From: Vicinamibacterales bacterium
GTDB lineage: Bacteria; Acidobacteriota; Vicinamibacteria; Vicinamibacterales; UBA8438
NCBI GenBank assembly: GCA_965207675.1
Contig: CBDBMY010000006.1
Location: forward strand, 23,358 to 87,357
Direction of reading: 5' to 3'
Length of the DNA stretch: 64,000 nt
The position numbers were made by a program, and so were the translations under genes. The notes below the pieces were generated by a model that worked only from the letters and a program-made list of their open reading frames with translations, did not search any database and was not told the origin of the DNA. Position 1 is the first letter of the stretch, and the number at the start of each line of letters is the position of its first letter. This document shows, piece after piece, positions 27,534 to 35,198 of this stretch.

Positions 27534-27778
27534 CCGCCCCGCCCTTCGTACGCGGCGTCCCGGAGCCTCGACCAGGCTTCGTCGCGGAACTCGGCCCGCA
27601 AACCGGAGCCGTCCACGCTCGCATCCCGCAGAACGAAGGAGGCCCGCATCCCGGTCTCGCCACGGAGCGTCGAGCGAATCCCCTCCTCGATGACGGCCCG
27701 AAGCGTGAGGCCGTGACGGGCGGCGTAGCGCTTGGCTTCCCGCGCCAGGTCATCGGCGAGCTCGACGGTGGTCTTCAC
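27530..27778 (-). CDS. vapB: VapB-type antitoxin
   Basis: Track ORF 27530..27817(-). Likely GTG start giving (M)KTTVELADDLAREAKRYAARHGLTLRAVIEEGIRSTL, typical of antitoxins paired with PIN toxins. Confidence 0.75.
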   Translation of the reverse strand: MKTTVELADDLAREAKRYAARHGLTLRAVIEEGIRSTLRGETGMRASFVLRDASVDGSGLRAEFRDEAWSRLRDAAYEGRGG

Positions 27779-27835
27779 GTGATCCACCCTACCATATTCA
27801 AGAATATGGGTGCCCATATCGCACGACGCACAAAG

Positions 27836-28543
27836 TCACACCGGCCTGAACGCGGCTTCCACTCGCAGGAAGTAGACTCCCGTCCTGGCTTCGAATCCCG
27901 AGTCGACGCCGAAGAACAGCCAGGCCCGGCCACTGGAGGGTATCGAGATCGACGCCGGAATCGGTCTGCCCGCGAACAACTTGCGCTCCCATTGGCGCGG
28001 TTGCTCGCAGCGCCTCGAGTTGGCGACGTTGCCGAGCACCACGCCCTGCGAGCCGCCGGCCGACTGATTGCCGATGTCGATGTTCATGCGCAGGTAGGAG
28101 CCTTCACGGATCGGGAGCGGTTCGACGTCGGTCGCTCCGGCCTTGATCCACACGCTCTCGCCCGGCGCACCACCGACGCCGACGCACCCGGCCGGCACGT
28201 CGGTGGCGATCTCCACGCTGACCGTCACGTCGTAGCGCGCCCCCGGCAACAACCCGTCGACGGGCCCCTTGAAGAACATGAAGAGGTCGTCGCTCCGGTT
28301 GACTCCCGAGATGAAGAGGGCGGGCTCCGGCGCCAGCGGCGGCGGGAGGGCGCGGTGGTCGGAGGTCAGCTCGTAGATGTCCGCATTGCCGGGCGGGTAG
28401 TCCGCGAAGCCGGCGACGAACCCCTGCGGCCCGCGGCGGAAATCGAAGGTGAACGTCACGCCGTCCGTCGGTGCGCTCGGGTTTCCCGAGCATCCGACGA
28501 GCACCGCGGCCAGCAACGCCACCGCCGACGCCGGGCGGTTCAC
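27836..28543 (-). CDS. lipoprotein of unknown function
   Basis: MNRPASAVALLAAVLVGCSGN carries a lipobox (LVGC). The composition is coherent and not shadow-like. No family recognised. Confidence 0.65.
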   Translation of the reverse strand: MNRPASAVALLAAVLVGCSGNPSAPTDGVTFTFDFRRGPQGFVAGFADYPPGNADIYELTSDHRALPPPLAPEPALFISGVNRSDDLFMFFKGPVDGLLPGARYDVTVSVEIATDVPAGCVGVGGAPGESVWIKAGATDVEPLPIREGSYLRMNIDIGNQSAGGSQGVVLGNVANSRRCEQPRQWERKLFAGRPIPASISIPSSGRAWLFFGVDSGFEARTGVYFLRVEAAFRPV

Positions 28544-28669
28544 GTGAGGATCCTCATGCGGGCCCTCTCGGTGTCGGACGGTTCGGCCCGGGTTTCGGGC
28601 TTCCTGGCCGCGATCTCGTCCCCCGCGGCCGTGGCTGCGGGCCCGCCGGCTACGGGCGCGCCCCGGTCT

Positions 28670-28712
28670 TGTGCAAATATAATATGGCTTATTTGATTTG
28701 ACAGACCCGACA
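28670..28712 (+). promoter_or_regulatory. AT-rich patch with a consensus TATAAT (28678-28683) in the divergent intergenic region upstream of the AAA ATPase gene
   Basis: The sequence gtgcaaaTATAATatggcttatttgatTTGACAgaccc is the most AT-rich stretch in this neighbourhood. There is no convincing -35 box at 17-nt spacing, so this is only a candidate. Confidence 0.3.
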
Positions 28713-28716
28713 GGCG

Positions 28717-29931
28717 ATGCGGTACGTCCCCCGAGCGCTGGCTACCACCGTCCGGCGTGCGATGCGCACGTTCCCCGCGGTGCTCGTCACCGGACCCCGC
28801 CAGACCGGCAAGACGACCCTTCTCCGCGAAGAGTTCGGCGGCTCCCATCGGTACGTCTCGCTCGAGCGCCCCGACGTGCGCGACGTCGCGCGCGACGATC
28901 CCGCCGGGTTTCTCGCGGACGCCGGCGAGCGCGCCATCCTCGACGAGATCCAGTACCAGCCGCAGCTCCTCCACTACATCGAGGACGAGATCGACGCCCG
29001 CCGCGAGCCGGGCCGCTGGCTGCTGACCGGGTCGCAGGACTTCGCGCTGATGCGCGGCGTGAGCCAGACCCTCGCGGGGCGGATCGCGGTGCTCCACCTC
29101 GATCCCCTGGCCGTCTCGGAGGTGGTCGGCGCGCCGGCCCCGGGCAGCCTCGGCGAGCTGCTCGACCGCCACCATGCGGGCGCGGACGGCGACGCTCCCG
29201 ACGTCGACCTGGCGGACTGGCTGCACCGCGGCGCCTGGCCCGAGCCGCGCCTCGACCCCGACGTCGACCGCGACCTGTGGATGCAGAGCTACGTCCAGAC
29301 CTACCTGGAGCGCGACCTGCGGAACATGGAGCAGGTCGGCGACCTCGAGACCTTCCGCGCGTTCTTCTCGCTCGTCTGCGCCTCGACGGGACAGGTGGTG
29401 AACCTCGCCCGCCTCGGGCGCGACGCCGGGGTGAGCGCGCCCACCGCGCGCCGGTGGCTGAGCCTGCTGGTCACGAGCCGCCTCGTGCTGCTGCTGCCCC
29501 CTTACCACCGCAACTTCGGCAAGCGCATCCGCAAGAGCCCCAAGCTGCACGTCATCGACCCCGGACTCGCAAGCTGGATGCTCGGCTACCGGACCCGGGA
29601 CGCCATCATGAACGGACCCGCCCTCGGCGCGCTCGTGGAATCGGCCGTCGTGTCGGAGCTGACCAAGGCCATCCACCACGCCGGCGGCGCCGAGCGGCTC
29701 TACCACTGGGAGGGCCTGGCGGCCGAGGTCGACATCGTCGTCGAGCTGGACGGCCGCCTCTACGGCATCGAGGTGAAGGCGACCCGAACCCCCACGCCCC
29801 GCCACGCCGAACGCCTCGCCGCCTGGTGCGAGCTCACCGGGGGCCACGGCGTCCTCGCCTGCCGTACCCGCCGCGCGAGCCCCCTCGGCCGCGGCATCCG
29901 TACCGCGCCGTGGCACTTCTGCGTGCCGTGA
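28717..29931 (+). CDS. AAA-family ATPase with a DUF4143-type C-terminal domain
   Basis: Walker A VLVTGPRQTGKTTLL, Walker B-like ERAILDEIQY. The C-terminal block ..HWEGLAAEVDIVVELDGRLYGIEVKAT is restriction-endonuclease-like and typical of the AAA_14/DUF4143 family. Confidence 0.8.
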   Translation: MRYVPRALATTVRRAMRTFPAVLVTGPRQTGKTTLLREEFGGSHRYVSLERPDVRDVARDDPAGFLADAGERAILDEIQYQPQLLHYIEDEIDARREPGRWLLTGSQDFALMRGVSQTLAGRIAVLHLDPLAVSEVVGAPAPGSLGELLDRHHAGADGDAPDVDLADWLHRGAWPEPRLDPDVDRDLWMQSYVQTYLERDLRNMEQVGDLETFRAFFSLVCASTGQVVNLARLGRDAGVSAPTARRWLSLLVTSRLVLLLPPYHRNFGKRIRKSPKLHVIDPGLASWMLGYRTRDAIMNGPALGALVESAVVSELTKAIHHAGGAERLYHWEGLAAEVDIVVELDGRLYGIEVKATRTPTPRHAERLAAWCELTGGHGVLACRTRRASPLGRGIRTAPWHFCVP

Positions 29932-29948
29932 ACCCGCCGCCCGTCGAA

Positions 29949-30554
29949 TCAGCCCCGATCCGCAACCGGCACGCCGCACCGGCGGGCATGCATACCGAGC
30001 GCGAGCAGCAGCGCCATCAGCGCCACGATGGCGGCCGGCGGCATTCCGGGCACCGCCGCGGGCACCACGCCGCACGCCAGCCGGGGGCCGCCACCGCCCA
30101 GCGGCGCCGGCGAGTCCGAGTAGTTGTCCCCGCCCTCGTGAATCACCAGAGCGCGTCCGTACAGGTCGCTCATCGTCAACCGCGTCGCGACCACCGACGT
30201 GACCACCCGGCCCGCTTCCGACGCCAGCCGCGGCAGGTCGCCGAGGTGACCGTCGCCTTCGGGCCCCTCGTGCCGGCCGGTGTCCCCCGGGTCGTAGTGC
30301 CCGCCCGCGGCCTGCCCGCCCGCTCCGCAGTCCGGATTCACGTGGGCATGAAAGCCGTGATCGCCCGCGGGGAGGATGTCGCCGAGATCGGGCGTGAAGC
30401 GCACGCCGCCGCCCGCCTCCTCCTGGAGCACGATGGTCCCCAGTCGCTCCGTGCCCGTGGTCGTGTCGAAGATGTCCACGGTCGTCTGCGCCGCCGCAGG
30501 CCCTGCAAGCGACATCGCCGCGACCGCCACCGCCAGCGTTCGTCTTCGAGTCAT
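29949..30554 (-). CDS. sodC: Cu/Zn superoxide dismutase with a C-terminal hydrophobic anchor-like tail
   Basis: Track ORF 29949..30584(-). Start at MTRRRTLAVAVAAMSLAGPAAAQ. Motifs GFHAHVNPDCG, GGHYDP, GHLGDLP, ALVIHEGGDNYSD, LGGGGPRLACGVV. The tail is VPGMPPAAIVALMALLLALGMHARR. Confidence 0.85.
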   Translation of the reverse strand: MTRRRTLAVAVAAMSLAGPAAAQTTVDIFDTTTGTERLGTIVLQEEAGGGVRFTPDLGDILPAGDHGFHAHVNPDCGAGGQAAGGHYDPGDTGRHEGPEGDGHLGDLPRLASEAGRVVTSVVATRLTMSDLYGRALVIHEGGDNYSDSPAPLGGGGPRLACGVVPAAVPGMPPAAIVALMALLLALGMHARRCGVPVADRG

Positions 30555-30743
30555 GCTGCCCCTCCATCCCTCGAGCCGCGACAATCACACACCTATCGCA
30601 TGACCGAAGCGGGCGCCGAACCGACCCTACAGGCACCCGTGGGGTTCCCAAGCCACAGGCCACCTTGGGGCAGTTGACCGATTCTGCCGATCGCCGCCGG
30701 GAAAGGCTCGACTCCGCCTGCGGCTGGCTGGTCTCCGCGCCCG

Positions 30744-31637
30744 TCAGGACGACATCCTCGCCTCGTAGTCCAAATCCGCCATCATCGGCGCGCTGAAGGC
30801 CGCCGATGCAGGATCCCACTCGCGTCGGGCCGTCAACCGCTTCAGGTCCGGCGCGGCGTAGACGAACCGTTCATCGTATTGCCGATAGAGCGAGCCGAAG
30901 AACCGCTCGAACCGCAGCGGGCTGCCGGAAGCCGGGAACTCGTCGATGATCGTCCCGGTGTACTCCGTTCGCGTGGAGGCCAACCCGAGTGCAATCGCTT
31001 CGTAGCGACTGACGTCGTTCCGAATGCCGCGTCTGTCCGCCAGCTCGCGGAGCGCCGAGTGGAATCGACGGACGGCCTCGACCGGGCGGCCGTCGCTGTC
31101 GATCGCCACGTCGTTCTCCACGAGCTCTCGAACCGCCCCGTCCTGCTCAGATCCAGCCTCGAGCCTCCGCCCCAACTCCTCCGCGCGGTTCGCGCGCATG
31201 ACGAACAGGTAGCCGCACACGAGCGGTGGGTAGGCGATGTGCAGATTCGTGCAGTCACCGACCGCCTCCTCCATCCGGTTCGTGAGATTCCTGAACGCCC
31301 CGATGGCGCCCTTGCAGGAGACGGCGAGCACCGGACCGATTCCCTCCTTCGTCACGACAACGTCGACGTTCTTCGTCTTGAGGCCGCCGTAGACCGTGCG
31401 CTCACCGGCGCCGCCGCGGCTGGGGTCGTGGACCAGCACCAAGCGGTTGCCCTTCCCCTCCACGCGGAACGGCGGTCGCGGCACGATGTCATCAGGGTCG
31501 AACCCGCCCTCGACGACGAGACGGCAGGCGACGTACCAGTGGAGCGGCTTGATGTGCCGCTGGCTCTGCGTCGAGCCGCGGAACGTCACGAAGTGGGCCA
31601 GTGCCGAGCGGAGCGACACCCACTCGCAGGCGCTCAC
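30744..31637 (-). CDS. putative type II restriction endonuclease (PD-(D/E)XK-like), partner of the upstream methyltransferase
   Basis: Only the last 297 codons of track ORF 30744..33038(-) look like protein. The GTG start overlaps the methyltransferase TGA (GTGA). Candidate catalytic block GLKTKNVDVVVTKEGIGPVLAVSCKGAIGAF (D..x..S-C-K). Confidence 0.6.
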   Translation of the reverse strand: MSACEWVSLRSALAHFVTFRGSTQSQRHIKPLHWYVACRLVVEGGFDPDDIVPRPPFRVEGKGNRLVLVHDPSRGGAGERTVYGGLKTKNVDVVVTKEGIGPVLAVSCKGAIGAFRNLTNRMEEAVGDCTNLHIAYPPLVCGYLFVMRANRAEELGRRLEAGSEQDGAVRELVENDVAIDSDGRPVEAVRRFHSALRELADRRGIRNDVSRYEAIALGLASTRTEYTGTIIDEFPASGSPLRFERFFGSLYRQYDERFVYAAPDLKRLTARREWDPASAAFSAPMMADLDYEARMSS

Positions 31638-33172
31638 GCCAGATGTCGCCACTGCTGCATCACCTCGATGCCTTCTTCGAGCAGAACGCGGTCGCGCTCG
31701 GTGACGGCGGCATCCGGTGCCAGAAGCACGTTTCGCGCCTCGCCTGGCTCGAGCTTCAGCATGCCGCCGCCGAGCGGGTGCCCCTCGAGCTCGCAACTCA
31801 GCCGGCCGGCCGGCGAGCCCCACGCCGCCGAGAGCCCCGGTTCGGACATGCCCCCGTTGCCGAAGAGATCGGAACGGAAGTCGACCGCCAGAAAAGCGTT
31901 CGTGCACGTGCACCCGCCACGGTTCACGGCCAACGCCGGCGACCGTCCGCTCATGTACGTCAAGACGAAGGCGGGACGCCGCACGTCGGGAACCGTGTAC
32001 CACGGCGTGCGGTTGCGGCACTTGTAGGAGGCCCGGGCCTGCCGGCCCTCCGCCGTGTCCAGATACGCGCGGACGGCGCCCGGCACCTGGGCGCCCGGCG
32101 GGATGCGCAGAAGGAACACGGGTTCGTCCTTCTCGACCCAGCGCTCGATGTCGGCGTCGTCGACCACCGCGCCGGCGAGGTAACGGCTGTTGCGGATGGA
32201 CGGCACGAGGAACTCGTCGGGTATCGCGAAACGCCGCACGTCGGACGGGCGCAGATGGAAGAACCCGTTGGCGCCGCTGACGTACCCGATGCCGACCTGG
32301 GCGATCTGTCCCAGGCGCACCGCGTCCGGCTCGGTCCCCATGCGCTCGTAGAGCCTGCGAACGCGCGGCGGCAGCAGGAAGGGCCGCAGCCGGCGGCGCC
32401 ATCCGACCCGCCAGGCCTCGACGTCGATCTCCTCCGACACGGGAGGGGGCATGACGCCCGGGTCGAACCGATCGACCCGCGACAGCCGTATGGCGCCGGA
32501 GCTCGCGCCCGCGTCGTCGGCCAGCAGCAGCCAGCAGTCTTCCGACAGCCTCGGGAAGATCTTGTCCCTGATGGCGACCAGGTGCACGGAACCGAAGTTG
32601 CCGACCAGGTACTCCACGAGCGGGCCGGCGTACGGCGCATGACCGATCTCGGCCGGCACGACGAAGGCCATCCGCCCGCCCGGGCGCAGCTTGCTGGCCG
32701 CCGCCACGATGAACGGCGCCCACGACGACGAGAGCCCGCTGAAGACGACGCCCAGGCGCCGGCAGTAGTCGAGCGCGGCCCGCCGGGTCGCCCCCGCGAA
32801 CCGCTGGTAGCGGATGAACGGGGGGTTGCCGGCGGCGCAGTCGAACCGTCGCCGGTCGGCCGCCGCCCACGTGAAGAAGTCGCCCTCGACGATTGCGGCT
32901 CGCGGCGCCCGCCCGCGCGACTCGGCGGCCGAGGCCGGGTCCCTCTCGACCCCGACGCTGTTCGGGTGGCGGGCCACGAAGCGGCCGTCGCCGCTCGACG
33001 GGTCTAGGAGCCGGTCGCCCGCGTCTCGAACCGCCCACCGCACCAGGGCGTCAGCCACCGCCTCCGGCGTGTAGTAGGCCCCGAGCGTCTTGTCTTCACG
33101 TGGCATCGGTTCCGACGTGGAACCTGCAAGACGCGGGCCGGATGGGGGCGCGACGGTCGAGGCGGGACGCAT
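31634..33172 (-). CDS. N6-adenine DNA methyltransferase (gamma-class, Eco57I/TaqI-like)
   Basis: Motif I LLDPSSGDGRF precedes motif IV AAGNPPFIRYQ. The N-terminal LGAYYTPEAVADALV is typical of the family. A long C-terminal region is the presumed target-recognition domain. Start taken as the ATG at 33172 (GAGG upstream); an alternative ATG is at 33106. Confidence 0.85.
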   Translation of the reverse strand: MRPASTVAPPSGPRLAGSTSEPMPREDKTLGAYYTPEAVADALVRWAVRDAGDRLLDPSSGDGRFVARHPNSVGVERDPASAAESRGRAPRAAIVEGDFFTWAAADRRRFDCAAGNPPFIRYQRFAGATRRAALDYCRRLGVVFSGLSSSWAPFIVAAASKLRPGGRMAFVVPAEIGHAPYAGPLVEYLVGNFGSVHLVAIRDKIFPRLSEDCWLLLADDAGASSGAIRLSRVDRFDPGVMPPPVSEEIDVEAWRVGWRRRLRPFLLPPRVRRLYERMGTEPDAVRLGQIAQVGIGYVSGANGFFHLRPSDVRRFAIPDEFLVPSIRNSRYLAGAVVDDADIERWVEKDEPVFLLRIPPGAQVPGAVRAYLDTAEGRQARASYKCRNRTPWYTVPDVRRPAFVLTYMSGRSPALAVNRGGCTCTNAFLAVDFRSDLFGNGGMSEPGLSAAWGSPAGRLSCELEGHPLGGGMLKLEPGEARNVLLAPDAAVTERDRVLLEEGIEVMQQWRHLA

Positions 33173-33276
33173 CAAGCCTCAGTGTACCAGCTACCGCGGG
33201 GACACGGTGTCGATGCAAAATGCTATATGCCACGTTCGATTTGTACAGCTCCGGAAACTGAGCGATGCCGTGCACC

Positions 33277-33525
33277 CTGGCCCGCCAAGCGTCGCCTTCG
33301 GCTCCGCTGGGCGCCCAACCAACCCGACAGGAGCCCGCGCCGTCCTACGGCAACTCCTCGCCCACCCATCGTCGCCTTCGGCTCCGCTGGGCGCCCAACC
33401 AACCCGACAGGAGTCCGCGCCGCTCACGGCGACTCCTCGCCCGCCCATCGTCGCCTTCGGCTCCGCTGGGCGCCCAACCAACCCGACAGGAAGTCCGTGC
33501 CGCTCTTGCGGCGCGGACTCCTACG
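33277..33525. repeat. three tandem copies (about 79-85 bp) of intergenic element family B
   Basis: Units at about 33277, 33361 and 33440: ccc(a/g)cccatcgtcgccttcggctccgctgggcgcccaaccaacccgacagga(g)(t/c)ccg(c/t)gccg..cggc..actcc. Each ends in a hairpin with a stem of about 10-12 bp. The array fills the gap between the DUF1501 stop and the methyltransferase start. Confidence 0.85.
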
Positions 33526-34981
33526 CCAAAATCCCCCGGATCGGGTGCCCGTCCACGTCGGCCAGCCGGAAGTCCCGGCCGCCGAAGCGGTAGGTCAGGT
33601 TGCGGTAGTCGAGGCCCAGCAGGGTGAGCACCGTCGCGTGGAGGTCGCGGACGGTGTGCGAGTTCTCGACCACGCGGTAGCCGTACTCGTCGGTCTGCCC
33701 GTAGATGAAGCCCTTCTTCAGGCCGCCGCCGGCCAGCCAGAGGCTGAAGCCGTAGGGGTTGTGGTCGCGGCCGTTGGTGCCCTGCACGAACGGGGTCCGG
33801 CCGAACTCGCCCGAGAAGATGACGAGGGTCTCGTCGAGGAGGCCGCGGGCGCGGAGGTCCTTGACGAGGCCGGCCACGGGCTGGTCGACGGTGAGGGCGT
33901 TGGCGGTGTGGCCCTCGATCAGCTTGGTGTGCTGGTCCCACGGGTTGGCGGCCTGCCCCATGCCGTCGGTGCCCACCATGGTGAGCTCGACGAAGCGGAC
34001 GCCGCGCTCGACGAGGCGGCGGGCCACCAGGCACTGGCGCCCGTAGGCGGCGGTCGACGCGTTGGGCGAGTCCATGCCGTAGAGGCGCTTGGTGGCCTCG
34101 GTCTCGCCCGCGAGGTCGACGAGCTCGGGCACCGCGGTCTGCATGCGATAGGCGATCTCGTAGTTGTCGATGGCCGCCTCGACCTGTCGGTCGCCGCCGA
34201 TGCGGTCGACGAAGGCGGCGTCGAGGTCGCCGATGAGGCCCAGGCGGCCCCGCTGCTGCCGGTCCGTCTCGCGGGGCTGCACGTTGCTGAGGGGCTCGGC
34301 GTTCTCGGGATAGAGCATCGACCCCTGGTGGACCGCGGGCAGGAAGCCGTTGCCGAAGATGTTGATCCCGCCCAGGGGGATGCCGCCGCTGCCGAGGACC
34401 ACGAACCCCGGGAGGTTCTGGTTCTCGGTGCCGAGGCCGTAGGTCACCCACGCCCCCATGCTGGGGAAGCCGTTGAACGGCATGCCGCTGTGGAAGTAGA
34501 AGTTGGCCTGGGCGTGCTCCATGAACGGGGCGGTCATCGAGCGGATGACGGTCAGCTCGTCGGCCACGCCGCCGACGTGGGGGAAGAGCGCGCTCACCGG
34601 GATGCCGCTCTCGCCGTAGTGCGTGAACTCCCAGGGGCTCGGCCAGATGTTGCCGTCCTGGTTGAACATCGTCCGCTCGGTCTGGAACGGCATCGGCCGC
34701 CCCTCCTCGGCCGCCAGCCGCGGCTTGGGGTCGAACGAGTCGACGTGCGACAGTCCGCCGGACATGTAGCAGAAGATGACGTTCTTCACCTTCGGCGGGA
34801 AGTGCGGCGGCTTCGCGGCCAGCGGGCCGTCGCCCGCCTCCTGCGCGAGGCCCGCGTAGGACCGGTCGGCCATCAGGGCCGACAGCGCGAGCAGGCCGAA
34901 GCCGGTCGAGGTCTGGCGCAGCATCTCGCGGCGCGTCAGGAACGGGCTGGGAGCGGGGTGACGGCGTGGATCAAGGCACAT
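33521..34981 (-). CDS. DUF1501 (sulfatase-like) protein with a Tat-type signal
   Basis: Track ORF 33521..35140(-). Start at MCLDPRRHPAPSPFLTRREMLRQTSTGFGLLALSAL. Family blocks NVIFCYMSGGLSHVDSFDPKP and GRDHNPYGFSLWLAGGGLKKGFIYGQTDEYG. Confidence 0.85.
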   Translation of the reverse strand: MCLDPRRHPAPSPFLTRREMLRQTSTGFGLLALSALMADRSYAGLAQEAGDGPLAAKPPHFPPKVKNVIFCYMSGGLSHVDSFDPKPRLAAEEGRPMPFQTERTMFNQDGNIWPSPWEFTHYGESGIPVSALFPHVGGVADELTVIRSMTAPFMEHAQANFYFHSGMPFNGFPSMGAWVTYGLGTENQNLPGFVVLGSGGIPLGGINIFGNGFLPAVHQGSMLYPENAEPLSNVQPRETDRQQRGRLGLIGDLDAAFVDRIGGDRQVEAAIDNYEIAYRMQTAVPELVDLAGETEATKRLYGMDSPNASTAAYGRQCLVARRLVERGVRFVELTMVGTDGMGQAANPWDQHTKLIEGHTANALTVDQPVAGLVKDLRARGLLDETLVIFSGEFGRTPFVQGTNGRDHNPYGFSLWLAGGGLKKGFIYGQTDEYGYRVVENSHTVRDLHATVLTLLGLDYRNLTYRFGGRDFRLADVDGHPIRGILA

Positions 34982-35070
34982 GGAAAAACCTCGGCGCGAG
35001 GAGTCCGTAGCGCGACTTCCTGCCGGGCTGGACCCGCGTGGCGGCCGGAGCCACCGGCGACGCTCTCCGG

Positions 35071-35198
35071 GCTGGCCCGCCAATCGTCGCCGAACGCGAC
35101 CGCAAGGTGGCGCCACGGCCTCCGCCTGGCGCCCAACCAAAAGCCTACCGTGAGTCTGCGCCTCCCCCGGAGGCGGCGCCGTTCTGCGGCGCAGACCC
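35071..35198. repeat. single hybrid copy of intergenic elements (family B ends plus the family A gcgaccgcaaggt hairpin)
   Basis: gctggcccgccaatcgtcgcc..gcgaccgcaaggtggcgc..ctggcgcccaaccaa..gtctgcgcc(..cctcccccggagg..)ggcgcagac. It lies between the PSCyt/PSD gene stop and the DUF1501 start. Confidence 0.7.

Noticed and set aside
30744-33038. 764-aa - strand ORF treated as one gene
   Set aside because: The N-terminal 467 codons or so are an Arg/Gly/Pro-rich shadow of the methyltransferase frame. The real gene starts at the GTG at 31637.
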